From: Candidatus Bathyarchaeota archaeon
GTDB lineage: Archaea; Thermoproteota; Bathyarchaeia; 40CM-2-53-6
Direction of reading: 5' to 3'
NCBI GenBank assembly: GCA_963706285.1
Contig: CAVPLU010000010.1
Span: 128,001-192,000 of the forward strand
DNA length: 64,000 nt
A program made the position numbers and the translations under genes. The notes under the pieces are model-generated. The model ran no database searches. It was given only the letters and a program-made list of their open reading frames with translations, and had not been told where the DNA came from. Shown piece by piece: positions 51,110 to 61,265 of the stretch. How positions within the stretch are numbered: the stretch's first letter is position 1; each line of letters opens with the position of its first letter.

Positions 51110-51754
51110 TCAATACCTGACAAGCTCCGCGGTCTTTCGTGCCAATCTGAGGTCCATAGATGCATTGGAGAGAAGCGGCTCGCCGTGACCCGGCAGCATG
51201 ACCTGAACATCTAAGAGGCATAGCCTGTCAAGTGAATCGATGAGCTTCCTCAAGTCTCCTGAAGGAAGATCCGTTCTTCCAAAATTCCCTCCAGGAAAGG
51301 CCGTGTCGCCTGTGAGTACGAGTTCATTATCGTGCAGGCACACGCTTCCTCCAGTATGTCCGGGAGTGTGAAGCACTCTCAGATCTCGTCCGCCTAGTCG
51401 GATCATGTCGCCATCTTTCAGGTAGTTGAGCGGTTTGATCTCGAAATATTCCAGCCCGGCAGCGTCGTTCTCATGGACGAAGACTTCAGGTGAGGAATGC
51501 TGCAGAATTTCGGGTAGTCCTCCTATGTGATCTGCGTGGCCATGAGTTATGACGACTTTGGTTACGTTCTCGATCTCCAAGCCAAGCCTCTCGAGGCTGG
51601 AACTGATCCTGTTGGGCCCTATCCACGACCCAGTATCAACAAGTGAGATCTTCCCATCTTCGACGAATGCATAGATGTTCGAGCAGAGGTCGATCCCTTC
51701 GATGAAGTAGATGTCTTTCAGCGAAGGATTATGCTCGCCTAGACTCGCTGACAT
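51110..51754 (-). CDS. Metallo-beta-lactamase-fold hydrolase
   Basis: THGHADHIGG, HTPGHT, TGDT, GRTDLP, PGHG. Confidence 0.92.
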   Translation of the reverse strand: MSASLGEHNPSLKDIYFIEGIDLCSNIYAFVEDGKISLVDTGSWIGPNRISSSLERLGLEIENVTKVVITHGHADHIGGLPEILQHSSPEVFVHENDAAGLEYFEIKPLNYLKDGDMIRLGGRDLRVLHTPGHTGGSVCLHDNELVLTGDTAFPGGNFGRTDLPSGDLRKLIDSLDRLCLLDVQVMLPGHGEPLLSNASMDLRLARKTAELVRY

Positions 51755-51861
51755 TTTGCTCCTCAGGCACCTATTCTGTGAGTCGATCTTGCGGAAAAGA
51801 CAAGAGTATCGACCTCATTGGCTTTGCATAACCTTTGATTCAGTAGAAGAAGGATTCGACT

Positions 51862-52290
51862 TTGGTTCAAAACTACCCCGAGGCCACGGTGGGTGCACTC
51901 ATTGTTGACGACAAGGGGGAGATCCTGCTCGTCCGGTCGTACAAATGGGGGAAGAAATACGTCGTTCCGGGCGGACATATCGAACTCGGAGAACGATCAG
52001 AAGCAGCGATCAAGCGGGAGGTCAAGGAAGAGGTTGGCCTTGAAGTCGAGCCCGTCAGGTTGCTCTTGATTCAAGAGGCAATCTATCCCACCGACTACAT
52101 CAAACACGAACACTACATCTTCCTAGACTATCTCTGTCGCACGCACGAGTCGAAAGTCGTGCTAGACGGGGACGAGATCCAAGAGTACATCTGGATGCTC
52201 CCCAAGGATGCTCTTCAGCTAGATTTGGAAATCTTCACAAGGAATCTGGTACACGCATACTTGAAACTTGGGACTGAGAATATCCACTAA
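51862..52290 (+). CDS. NUDIX hydrolase
   Basis: GGHIELGERSEAAIKREVKEEVGL. Confidence 0.93.
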   Translation: MVQNYPEATVGALIVDDKGEILLVRSYKWGKKYVVPGGHIELGERSEAAIKREVKEEVGLEVEPVRLLLIQEAIYPTDYIKHEHYIFLDYLCRTHESKVVLDGDEIQEYIWMLPKDALQLDLEIFTRNLVHAYLKLGTENIH

Positions 52291-52847
52291 GGAGTTATCT
52301 TACCCTGTCTTGGGCCGTTGACGCCTAACGTTTTGGCCAGTTTCTTGTGCTCCTTCTTGCTTATCCATTCTACGTAGAGATAGTCCTCGATCTCTTCTTC
52401 GGTCATGCCGATCTTGCGTGCCTCATCCAGGGTGATTCTGTAGGCTTCGAGTTCGGTTGGTCGGTCAACGTATGAGAACCTTGAGTCGAAGAGTTCTCGT
52501 CCCTCCCGGTACTGCTTAACGTGGACGAGTTCATGAATTATGTCGAGGTAGAGAAGTTTCTCGCTGGCCGACCGCAAATACTCGCCCCTGACAACGACAT
52601 TTCCATTTGCTTCGTTGACGTACATGTATTCAGCTGAATCATCTAGCTTCACGTGCAGGTTCTGCAAGATCTCAGCTGCCGAGGCTCTTCCTCCAAATAG
52701 CGATTGAATAACTTCCGAGTCCTCAAGGCCCATGAATATGTGTGAGAACGGAAACTCTTGCGCTGTATTTGTTAGGAGAGGCTCCCTATTTACCCCGAAC
52801 CGACTAGGCAAGCCTCCCATTCTCTCACGTCTCCCAACAAATGTCAA
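52287..52847 (-). CDS. Hypothetical HExxH protein
   Basis: LYLDIIHELVHVKQ..YVDRPTELEAY. Confidence 0.7.
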   Translation of the reverse strand: MTFVGRRERMGGLPSRFGVNREPLLTNTAQEFPFSHIFMGLEDSEVIQSLFGGRASAAEILQNLHVKLDDSAEYMYVNEANGNVVVRGEYLRSASEKLLYLDIIHELVHVKQYREGRELFDSRFSYVDRPTELEAYRITLDEARKIGMTEEEIEDYLYVEWISKKEHKKLAKTLGVNGPRQGKITP

Positions 52848-52867
52848 CGACCTAGAGGAATAGTGTA

Positions 52868-53356
52868 CTAGATATGGGCAACTCTTATCCTAGCTCGCGT
52901 GGTTATCTGTCGCGCATTTGTTTTTGGTCCAGGCTTCTCTTTCTGGCTGATTTTGAAATCTTCGATTAGATTCAACAGTTTTACGGTGGGCGAGACTACG
53001 AATTGATCCATCGTCAGTGTGGGTTGCTTTGGGTCAGAAATCTGCGTCATGGTGCAAGTGATTAGACCGTTCTCGTCAGCACGTTGAACCTCTGGCCTTA
53101 ACGTTCCAGATGCGAAGATTTTGTAGTCATTGATAAGATAGGCTTCTCCATATCGGAAATGCTTTGCTCTGGCCTCAGCCATGAGGATAGGATGATTCTT
53201 CTCGAACTCTTCCAGTGACATGCTCTCTTCATTGTCTGTCTTGGCTGGCGCTATCGTGACTCTTGCGGTTTCATAGCCGTTATGTGCATCGTCATAGATG
53301 CCCTCTTCATCGGGGATTTGCTCTTCACTCATGCTTTTCACCTTCAGTTCCTTCAC
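52868..53356 (-). CDS. Hypothetical protein
   Basis: 162-aa ORF, no recognisable motif. Confidence 0.5.
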   Translation of the reverse strand: MKELKVKSMSEEQIPDEEGIYDDAHNGYETARVTIAPAKTDNEESMSLEEFEKNHPILMAEARAKHFRYGEAYLINDYKIFASGTLRPEVQRADENGLITCTMTQISDPKQPTLTMDQFVVSPTVKLLNLIEDFKISQKEKPGPKTNARQITTRARIRVAHI

Positions 53357-53782
53357 CTAACAGCCGGATTATCACCGGCTTCGGAAAGGCAGAGCTCACA
53401 CTCGCGTTAGTAACGCTCGAAAAGACAGCGTGACCCCTAACCTCAGATTCAGAACTAAGAGATGTTTCATTCATATTCAATCACGGTCGAAAAACAGGGC
53501 CGCTCGGATGACTTCGCAGTCGTCGGCTAGAACTGCGAAATCGTCTCGCCAAAGAAAGCGGCGTGACTGTGTAACGTCTAGAGCAACGCTCTATGGTTTG
53601 GAAACAGGTTGACGGAGAACGGCAGACCTATCAGTTGCCGATGAAGGCAACACACCGTCAGCCTCGCGTGGTCGGCACACTGGAGTCTGTCTTTGGCCTA
53701 GCAGTTGGAGATTGATTCCAGTTGGACGTATCTGCTAGTAAGCTCAGCAGGTAAGTTCTACGCCGCCATGCGTGGTTGACGC

Positions 53783-54118
53783 TTAGGAAACAGGTTTCTT
53801 GTTGAAAAATAGGTACGGGTCTTTATGGTGAATCTTAGGATCCAACAAGACGACGCCGGGCTGTGATCCTAGAATCTTGTATCGGTCCTCCGCTTAGACT
53901 TCTCCTAGGCTATTCGTGACATCTGTGACTGCTTCAGGTGCATGCCACTTTTTGATTTCGGATTCACTGAGCAGATGCTTTCTTAATCGGCTTTCAGTCT
54001 CACCAGTTGAGAGGTGCTCGCCATTCTTGAGTTCAACATATCCGAAGAGCCGCTGTCTTTCGAGATATTGCGCAATCTTTGACAGTAATGCCGATGCTTC
54101 TGGATCCGGTCTCCGGTG
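53783..54118 (-). pseudogene. Start-less gene fragment with internal stop
   Basis: Protein-like frame (..ASALLSKIAQYLERQRLFGYVEL..LGEV*AEDRYKILG..) beginning immediately after the gcvT stop. Confidence 0.35.
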
Positions 54119-54124
54119 CGAATA

Positions 54125-55253
54125 CTATGCCTTTCTCTGCCAGCCATATTTGTCAGTCGGATAGAATGGCAGCTTCGTAATTACAGAATCTAATCGTCTT
54201 CCTCGAATCATAATTCCGAGCGCATGGCCTTCAGTTGCATATTCCCGAAGAACGTATCCCATACCGATGCCACAGTTCAAAGTCGGCGAGAAGCTGCCGC
54301 TCGTCAGTCTTCCAATAGTCTGGGCGTCTGAAAGGATCTCGAATCCGGGCCTGGGTATCCCTTGACCTGTAGCTCTCAGACCTACTCGCATGAGCTTGGT
54401 ACCTTCAGCCTTCTGCTTCGCAAGAGCGTTCTTACCAATGAAATCGGCTTTCGAAATTTTGACCGCGAATCCGAGACGCGCCTCGTATGGGCTGATGGTC
54501 TCGTCAAGGTCGTTTCCGTAGAGACACATTCCCGCCTCTAGTCTCAATGTGTCCCGCGAGCCCAGCCCACATGGCTCTATCCCAAATTCTTTGCCGCTTG
54601 CAAGTATCGAGTCCCAAATATTCTCAACCTTTCCGGGATCAGAAAGCGGGCACTCCCATACCAGTATCTCGAACCCATCCTCTCCAGTGTAGCCGGTTCG
54701 GGAGACTAGGCAGCTGATGCCGTTGACTTCTGTTTGCACGCATCCGAATCGCGGAATCGCTGATAGGTCTGCCTTCGACAATTCCTGGAGAGTCGCTTGA
54801 GTCTTCGGACCTTGAAGCGAGACTAACGCCGTTTCATCCGATTTATCCGTTAGATATGCATTGTTTCGTGTCGCTTGTATCTTCAGCCATTCCATGTCTT
54901 TCTTCCTGTTGCCTGCGTTGAAGACGACTGACAAATCTCTCTGATTCGAGTCGAAGGATGATGATATCGTCCTTTATGCCTCCGTTTTCATTGCACAACA
55001 ATGTGTAGTGCGCTTGTCCAGGCTTGAGTGCGGTAACGTCGTTGGTGGTTACAAAGTTGAGGAACGTCTCGGCGTTGGCACCCTGAACTATCGCTCTGCC
55101 CATGTGTGAGACATCGAAGATGCCGACGCGATTCCGCACTGCTAAGGATTCGGGGACTATGCCCTTGTACCATATGGGCATCTCAAATCCTGCGAAATCG
55201 ACAATTCTGCCGTGGCTTACATGATAATCATTCAGCTGGGTCTTGAGCGGCAT
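54125..55253 (-). CDS. gcvT: Glycine cleavage system T protein, 1-nt indel near 54930
   Basis: FAGFEMP, FDVSHMG, GGIKDD, LQGP, SRTGYTGEDGFE, GLGSRDTLRLEAG, SGSFSPTL. Confidence 0.95.
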
Positions 55254-55334
55254 ATTGGCGACCCCGCGCAACTGTAATTATGCTTGCGTGAAAGGAGGGG
55301 CCTTGGCATTGAAGCTACCTGTATCGTCGGTAGT

Positions 55335-55508
55335 CTACTGTTTCGTGTCGTGAGGCAGAATCTTCACCGACTCAGGCTCGAATAAGAGTTTCTTCTGACA
55401 CTTGGGGCAAGTTCCGCTGTATCGTTGGATTATTTCGGTGGGCGATTCAAGCTCAGGTCCGTCGTAGAGAGTAGCGCCGCACGCATCGCAGAAGACACGT
55501 TGTGGCAT
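55335..55508 (-). CDS. 57-aa zinc-ribbon protein (not in ORF track)
   Basis: MPQRVFCDACGATLYDGPELESPTEIIQRYSGTCPKCQKKL...; two CxxC pairs. Confidence 0.75.
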   Translation of the reverse strand: MPQRVFCDACGATLYDGPELESPTEIIQRYSGTCPKCQKKLLFEPESVKILPHDTKQ

Positions 55509-55589
55509 CCACGTAGCCTCGGTAAAGGGTCGGGAAGTGAGGCAACATATTTTAACTTCTTGCCATTATCCGCGTGCGTGCGACGAGCG

Positions 55590-56051
55590 ATGTCTGCAGG
55601 GCTTAGGAACTGGCTCAAGCGTGCACCATGGAAGATCAGGCGGAGCCTTGGAAACGTCGCGTATAGGCTTCGCTTAGTTCAAGCGCCTGGGGCGGCTGGA
55701 TTCAAAGGTTCATGGACAATCCTATTCTTTGTCGTGCTTGGTCTAGCCACATTCTTTCTGGCTGGAGGAATCTACGATCTCCTCGAGAAGCCCGTTTCTC
55801 TTCTTCCGAGAGCGAGCCAGCAGGGATGGACGTTCATTTATCCTGGCGGACTAGGAGGACAGACACTAAATGAGAGCCTTCTCTCAGCGATACTGTATCT
55901 ACTCGGCCTATCAGGCTTCTACATGCTCTTCAGGAGCACGAGATTCGCCTACCGGCCAAGGAATGCTTACATTTTGCTGATCCTCGGTTTTGTGACAACG
56001 CTCATCGTGATATACTATTCAGGACAAATGCTCGCCCAAAAGGGCGGCTAG
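55590..56051 (+). CDS. OST3/OST6/DC2(OSTC)-like membrane protein
   Basis: Three TM helices with FFLAGGIYDLLEKP...GGQTLNESLLSAILYLLGLSGF; start taken at ATG 55590. Confidence 0.6.
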   Translation: MSAGLRNWLKRAPWKIRRSLGNVAYRLRLVQAPGAAGFKGSWTILFFVVLGLATFFLAGGIYDLLEKPVSLLPRASQQGWTFIYPGGLGGQTLNESLLSAILYLLGLSGFYMLFRSTRFAYRPRNAYILLILGFVTTLIVIYYSGQMLAQKGG

Positions 56052-56086
56052 ATTAGGTCCAGGCGACTCCTAGATCTGATTTGTAG

Positions 56087-56566
56087 CTACCAGAGGCGTT
56101 TCTTCAGTCGCAGCAAATAGGCCGCGACATTGGACAACAAGTGGATCGGTATAGTCGCTATCACCAAAATGAAGACCGCGCCGACTGTTACGTTCAGTAC
56201 GGGCGAAGCGAATAGAAGGGCTACCAAGATGAAGCCTAACTGATCAACTATTGGCAGAGGATTCCCAGGCGGAATGTTCAATCTTCTCTTGAGAAAGGCC
56301 CCGAAGAGGTCGCCCAGCAATGCGCCGAGACTCGCTGCGATTCCCCCGAGTACTAGCAGAGGATTACTGAATAGAATGGCCTCTGCAAAAGAGGCTGCGC
56401 TCCCACACAATAGTCCGTAAGAGAACCCTTTCACCGTTTTGTTGGTTCCGAGTATCGGTCGACCGTCAATGAATCTCCGTCCTCGGTCAATAGGTGCTCC
56501 TCCTCCGAGCAAGACGGGAGTGGAGTTCGCCACGTATGTCGGAATTGCGATGTAGATGGCGATCAA
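56087..56566 (-). CDS. carS: CDP-archaeol synthase
   Basis: YVANSTPV, PIDRG..DGRPILG.NKT..G, GDLFGAFLKRR, DQL, HLLSN. Confidence 0.92.
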   Translation of the reverse strand: MIAIYIAIPTYVANSTPVLLGGGAPIDRGRRFIDGRPILGTNKTVKGFSYGLLCGSAASFAEAILFSNPLLVLGGIAASLGALLGDLFGAFLKRRLNIPPGNPLPIVDQLGFILVALLFASPVLNVTVGAVFILVIATIPIHLLSNVAAYLLRLKKRLW

Positions 56567-56653
56567 GAGATCATACAGGTCGAGCGTGGGTTTCTCACTT
56601 CCGCGTCTTCTTTGCGCGTCAGTATCTGGATGAAGTGAGACAATGTAATAAGC

Positions 56654-57388
56654 TCAGACTGGTTCGAATCCACGAGCCGCGAGTTTTGCTTGACACCTCA
56701 GTGAGCTAGTCTGTTTTCCTCTCTGACGTTCTATTACGATTTCCTTTCTTGAATGCTCTGAGGTGTTCTTCAATCTGATGATTGTGCGAGGCCAGTGTGC
56801 GAGCGTCCGGCGTGCAACCGGTTCAATCCGACCGAAAGGAAAGTCTAGTCTAGCGTGCACTTGGCTCGTCAACAACGCGACTAGCTCGCGGCGTGCTGCA
56901 ACCTCACTCAGGTAGGCAAGTTGTCTGTTCAGTTCTCGGTTGAGGATGAATGTTCGTTCCGCTGATCCAAGGCTGACCCTATACAGGGACGTGATCGTGT
57001 CAATTATCACCAAGCGTGTCCGCGTTGTGAGATAACTCTCGATGTTCTCGACGAGGCTGGTCTGAGCCGAGAATGTCTCGGGGAAGAAGAGAAGTATGCT
57101 TTCGCTTACATCGGACCTTTCACCCGCGATCTGAACAAATCGTTGATGCGTGAATGAGTGATCCGCGTCGACATAGATGACCTTCAAGCCACGGCGTGCG
57201 GCTTCTATGGAGGTCTGAAGAGCAAGGGTGGTCTTGCCAGTCCCTGCTTCGCCATAGACGACAACCACTTCTCCTATTGTGAAACCTCCATTCAGCAGCT
57301 TGTCGAGAGGTTCACATCGCGAAGGAATGAAGTCATCTGCAATGCGCCAATTAGTTTCCCTGCTGAGCGGCATCAGTAGGCCTATCAA
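56654..57388 (-). CDS. radB: RadB recombination mediator
   Basis: LDKLLNGG, GEAGTGKTT, IIDTITSLYR, TSQV; lacks the RadA N-terminal domain. Confidence 0.8.
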   Translation of the reverse strand: MIGLLMPLSRETNWRIADDFIPSRCEPLDKLLNGGFTIGEVVVVYGEAGTGKTTLALQTSIEAARRGLKVIYVDADHSFTHQRFVQIAGERSDVSESILLFFPETFSAQTSLVENIESYLTTRTRLVIIDTITSLYRVSLGSAERTFILNRELNRQLAYLSEVAARRELVALLTSQVHARLDFPFGRIEPVARRTLAHWPRTIIRLKNTSEHSRKEIVIERQRGKQTSSLRCQAKLAARGFEPV

Positions 57389-57580
57389 CTTTCGAGCATG
57401 TAAGCTCAGTTGTCACTATCTTGGAGTGCGTCAAACGGATAACTCAGAGATCAGATCTGCCATGAATCCTACGCCCAGCGGGAGCGGCTTTACTATTACA
57501 CGGTCAACTCTCTTCAGGCAGGGGATGAAGATTTGATGACCTGTTGTTGGAGCGACCTATCCGCAAACACGCAGATATAG

Positions 57581-57976
57581 TCACTCTTGGTCTGAGAGTA
57601 GTTCCCGGACTTGGGATCTAGGTTTCGCAGCTTCGAATATTGTGCTGAATCGTTTCAGCCACAGTGGGTACATGAAGATCTTGCCGTAGAAGAACTCCTC
57701 AAAGATTGCGCTTTCGACTTTGATGAGTGCGGTTCGTACTTTGGCGTAGCTGTAGAAGAGACATAGGTGATGAACGTTCTCGAGCGTCGGCAATTCCAGA
57801 AATCTCGACGCTATCTCCCAGTCCCAAGTGTTTGCATTCGGTTCGCTCTTCTTCCCCTTGACGATTCTGCGAAGAACGAATCGTTTCAGGTAGCGTGTCT
57901 GTGCGTGTCTGCTCGCGAACAGCTGTGTTGCATCCGCTTCCATGTTGGTCTCTGGCTCTGATCGACGATGTTTCAC
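57581..57976 (-). CDS. Hypothetical protein
   Basis: 131-aa ORF downstream of gcvH, no motif recognised. Confidence 0.45.
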   Translation of the reverse strand: MKHRRSEPETNMEADATQLFASRHAQTRYLKRFVLRRIVKGKKSEPNANTWDWEIASRFLELPTLENVHHLCLFYSYAKVRTALIKVESAIFEEFFYGKIFMYPLWLKRFSTIFEAAKPRSQVRELLSDQE

Positions 57977-58016
57977 TTTTTATGCTTTGTCGTGCCCATG
58001 GAGCTACTTAGACTTC

Positions 58017-58445
58017 TCAAGATGTGGCGTGGTTCGACTTCTCTTGTGAGAGTCTATCGAGGAGGGCTCCATACTCATTCGCAGACATGAGCGAGTCAGT
58101 TTCTTCTTTCAGTTTTGAAGTCTTCATCAAAATGAGCCATCCCTCTCCATAGGGTTGTTGGTTGATGAGCTCTGGTGAGTTAACGAGTTTCTGATTGGTC
58201 TCCATGACTTCCCCCGACACGGGAGAATAGATCTCGGACACTGCTTTCACCGATTCAACTGTCCCGAATGATTCCCCTCTGTTGAGTGTTCTTCCAACCT
58301 TAGGGAGGTCGGCGTATACGACTTCATGAAGAGACTCTTGTGCGTAATCGGTGATTCCAACTCTGGCGCGGTCACCCTCTAGGCGAATCCATTCATGATC
58401 CTTCGTGTACTTCAAGTCGCTCGGAATATCTCGTCCTTCAACCAT
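58017..58445 (-). CDS. gcvH: Glycine cleavage system H protein
   Basis: YTKDHEW, VGITDYAQ, VESVKAVS (lipoyl Lys), PYGEGW. Confidence 0.97.
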   Translation of the reverse strand: MVEGRDIPSDLKYTKDHEWIRLEGDRARVGITDYAQESLHEVVYADLPKVGRTLNRGESFGTVESVKAVSEIYSPVSGEVMETNQKLVNSPELINQQPYGEGWLILMKTSKLKEETDSLMSANEYGALLDRLSQEKSNHATS

Positions 58446-58641
58446 TTGGACCTCACTCGTTACTGCTATGCACTACGTTGCTCTGTAGCTCGGCATGAAT
58501 CAATATATAGAGTCATGCGGTGACAGCATGTCCGCTTCTGCTCTCCAAGTGACGCCAGAAGATTCCCTCCTCAACCATGGAAAGCTTAACGAACCATGAA
58601 GTGTTTGATCCCAGTCAGGTAGCACGAGGACGCCGCTCTCA

Positions 58642-59766
58642 TTGATCGGAACCGCGAGGACGATCCACGCCCAAGCCGGGAGAACGCTCCTGATTGCAGG
58701 CCCCGCCTCTTTTCAGTTGATTGAGGGTGAAGCAAGCGTACTCGGCGCACCACTAGATCTCAGCAGGAACACTGTAGCGCGTGGAAAGCAGACCCCTATC
58801 GAAATTCGCACATCCTCATCATTCAACATCATTCTCGGCGAGGAGGCTAGCCTCGAGGAACTCGATGGAAGCACAATTCCGCTCTCGTGGCGTGAAGCTG
58901 CCTCAGCCCTTGCCGAAATCGGAGAAGGCATCGCAGTCGTGATAGGAGGGGCAGACACTGGAAAGACAACACTGTGCACTTTCCTCTCCAACTCTCTCAT
59001 CCTGAAAAATAGACAGGTCGCAATTGTCGATGCAGACATAGGTCAGACAGACCTTGGTCCACCGACCACTATGGCAGCAGCAGAGGTCACGGCGTGCGTA
59101 GTGAACCTCTCGCAAGTCAAACCGTCTGAGCGACTCTTCATCGGTCTCACCAGCCCTGGCCGCGCCAAAAGCAAAGTGATTCGCAGCATCAAGAGACTCG
59201 TTGAGTGTCACGCTAAACCTGGAAAGGCGGTAATCGTAAACACGGACGGGTGGGTCGAGGGAGATGAAGCGACTCTGTACAAGCGTCAGATGCTCGACGA
59301 ACTTCGGCCAGATATCACTCTAGGAATTGGAGGAACCGACATATCCCCGATCTTTCAGGCAAAAAACCGCACGACCTTGCTCGTTGGATCTCCAGACACG
59401 ATCAGGGAGAGAACTCGCGTTGACCGAAAAGAGCTGAGATCGCTTGGATACAAAAAGTACCTTACCGGAGCTTTCTTCAGGACTTTGCGGCTAGATGGCA
59501 CGAGGCTGCGCTATTGTCTAGCATCAAAAGATCTGGACTTGGAACATATTCCACAATTGCAGTTCGAGAATATGAAGGGCGCTATCGTTGGCTTCTTGGA
59601 TGCGGATGGTTTTCTTCAGGAGATTGGTGTTCTAAAGGACTTGGTTCGCTCCACCAAGATGGTCACAGTATGGTCCAGAATCTCGGGCACACCGAGCACG
59701 ATCGAGATCGGAGATGTGAAACTGAACAATGAAGGTCGCGAACTGGGCCACTTGGACAGACTATGA
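58642..59766 (+). CDS. Clp1/Grc3-family polynucleotide 5'-kinase
   Basis: GGADTGKTT, DADIGQTDLGPP, NTDGWV, RTRVDRKELR. Confidence 0.9.
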   Translation: MIGTARTIHAQAGRTLLIAGPASFQLIEGEASVLGAPLDLSRNTVARGKQTPIEIRTSSSFNIILGEEASLEELDGSTIPLSWREAASALAEIGEGIAVVIGGADTGKTTLCTFLSNSLILKNRQVAIVDADIGQTDLGPPTTMAAAEVTACVVNLSQVKPSERLFIGLTSPGRAKSKVIRSIKRLVECHAKPGKAVIVNTDGWVEGDEATLYKRQMLDELRPDITLGIGGTDISPIFQAKNRTTLLVGSPDTIRERTRVDRKELRSLGYKKYLTGAFFRTLRLDGTRLRYCLASKDLDLEHIPQLQFENMKGAIVGFLDADGFLQEIGVLKDLVRSTKMVTVWSRISGTPSTIEIGDVKLNNEGRELGHLDRL

Positions 59767-59806
59767 CCGCGCAGAAGCAAGTCGTACATACTAGTCGAAA
59801 GCTAGG

Positions 59807-60391
59807 TTGTGGCAACGCGAACGCAGGTGTGACCAAGCGTTGACCAGCAAGCCAGCGAAAGATGAGAAGGAAGTCGCGTTTATCGAGAAATCCATAATCA
59901 AGACGATGAGGAAGTTCAGGGAAAGCCCAAAGAATTTCTGGTCAACTGGCGACATCCAATGCCACCTCAAAGTCCACCTTCTCAAAGGTAGACTCTTCAA
60001 AACGGGACCACTGGGCAACGTCTTTCTGAGCTTCCCTACAAAGAACACTTATCAGCACGGCGAGGACGGCTCACTACTGCCCTCCGCGACGGGGAAAAAT
60101 GATCATTTCGCATTAGCGGGCTGGGCAGCCTCAATTCCAACCACTTGGAACCACGTCACCCAGCAACTTTCCTTCGCAACCGAAATAGAATACTTCCCGG
60201 TCATTCCCAAGAACTGGGCAGTCCAAATAAGGAATGATCTGCTGAAACTGAGCGACGACGCAAACAAAGTCCCACTCAAAGGGAGGTTCCTCCTGCTCCT
60301 CACGATCCCGTCTACTTCACTCTTCAGAGAGCAATTGAATGCTCTCTTCGAAGAGTTTCCATCCGTCAGGTGCTATCAACAGATCGCATAG
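59807..60391 (+). CDS. Hypothetical protein
   Basis: About 180-194 aa ORF; weak restriction-endonuclease-like layout. Confidence 0.55.
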   Translation: MWQRERRCDQALTSKPAKDEKEVAFIEKSIIKTMRKFRESPKNFWSTGDIQCHLKVHLLKGRLFKTGPLGNVFLSFPTKNTYQHGEDGSLLPSATGKNDHFALAGWAASIPTTWNHVTQQLSFATEIEYFPVIPKNWAVQIRNDLLKLSDDANKVPLKGRFLLLLTIPSTSLFREQLNALFEEFPSVRCYQQIA

Positions 60392-60472
60392 CCATGTTCG
60401 AACGACCGTACTCATTGTGCCGACTAAAGGCAGAAGGTTCCTCGCTTCCGGATTAGGAGCAAGGAAGCCAGT

Positions 60473-61083
60473 CTATGCTGAACGTTCTCTGTTAGCTCGA
60501 CGATTTCGGTAGAGCAGATGCACTCCCAGCAGGCCCAGCCCGAGTCCCGCCAAGATCGATTCCAGAGGAAAACCAGGTATGGGCGGAGGAGTAGGCGCCG
60601 TAGCTCCCGTCACAGTGTATATGCTAGTTGTAGTGACGCCTTTGGTCGTGAGAGTTGTTGAGGTTACCGTCTGGCTCGCTGTGGCTGTCACCGTTTGACC
60701 AGTTGTTGTAGCTGTCACCGTCGATAATACTGTGGTAGGAACAGTCGTCGTCCCACTAGTCGTAGTCGTGACGTAGGTTGCCACTGTTACTGTCGTGGTT
60801 ACGCTGGTGGGTATAGTCGATAGTGACAATCACGTCGGTGAAACTAGGTATTCGTATTCGTAGTAGTGAACACGGTTGTTGTGCTAGTCGTTGTTATATT
60901 CGAGAAAGTGAATGTGAAAGTGATAGTAGTTGAACCTGATATTGGCTGCAGCGGTCGTAGTGACAAGTAGTAGTCACCTGCATTGGGTTTACTGCAGGTG
61001 CTTTCACCGGAACAAGAACCACAAGTGCGGCAAGGGTCGACGCAGGCGATAACAAGGGCTCTGATTACGTTCCGTCTCTTCAA
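60473..61083 (-). CDS. Thr-rich cell-surface protein with C-terminal IPGF sorting motif, frameshifted
   Basis: Signal-peptide-like start, Thr-rich linker, PIPGFPLESILAGLGLGLL TM and basic tail. Confidence 0.7.
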
Positions 61084-61265
61084 GAGCGTTCCGTCTAGAT
61101 GTTGGGTTTGACGTAGGATATAACCCTGAGGCTCCTCTCCCCATGTGCCTGTGGTGATGAGGCTGTCTTTGAGCAGCTTCCGTCGTGCATCTCTGGCCAG
61201 CGCTCTAATGGGTTGGCGACACTATTTCTAGATGCAAGACCTAACGTAGCCGATCGCTAGATGGG

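Noticed and set aside
21777-55253. Frameshifts in argF (about 22115), lhr (about 38012 and 38612) and gcvT (about 54930) as additional mRNA introns
   Set aside because: All are repaired by adding or removing a single base; there is no inserted stem-loop as in aIF5A.
57530-57600. TGATGA...CTGA as a C/D box sRNA
   Set aside because: No internal D'/C' boxes or terminal stem, and the D box falls inside the opposite-strand ORF.
60560-60930. Thr-codon-rich low-complexity tract as a DNA repeat element
   Set aside because: Explained by the Thr-rich linker of a surface protein.
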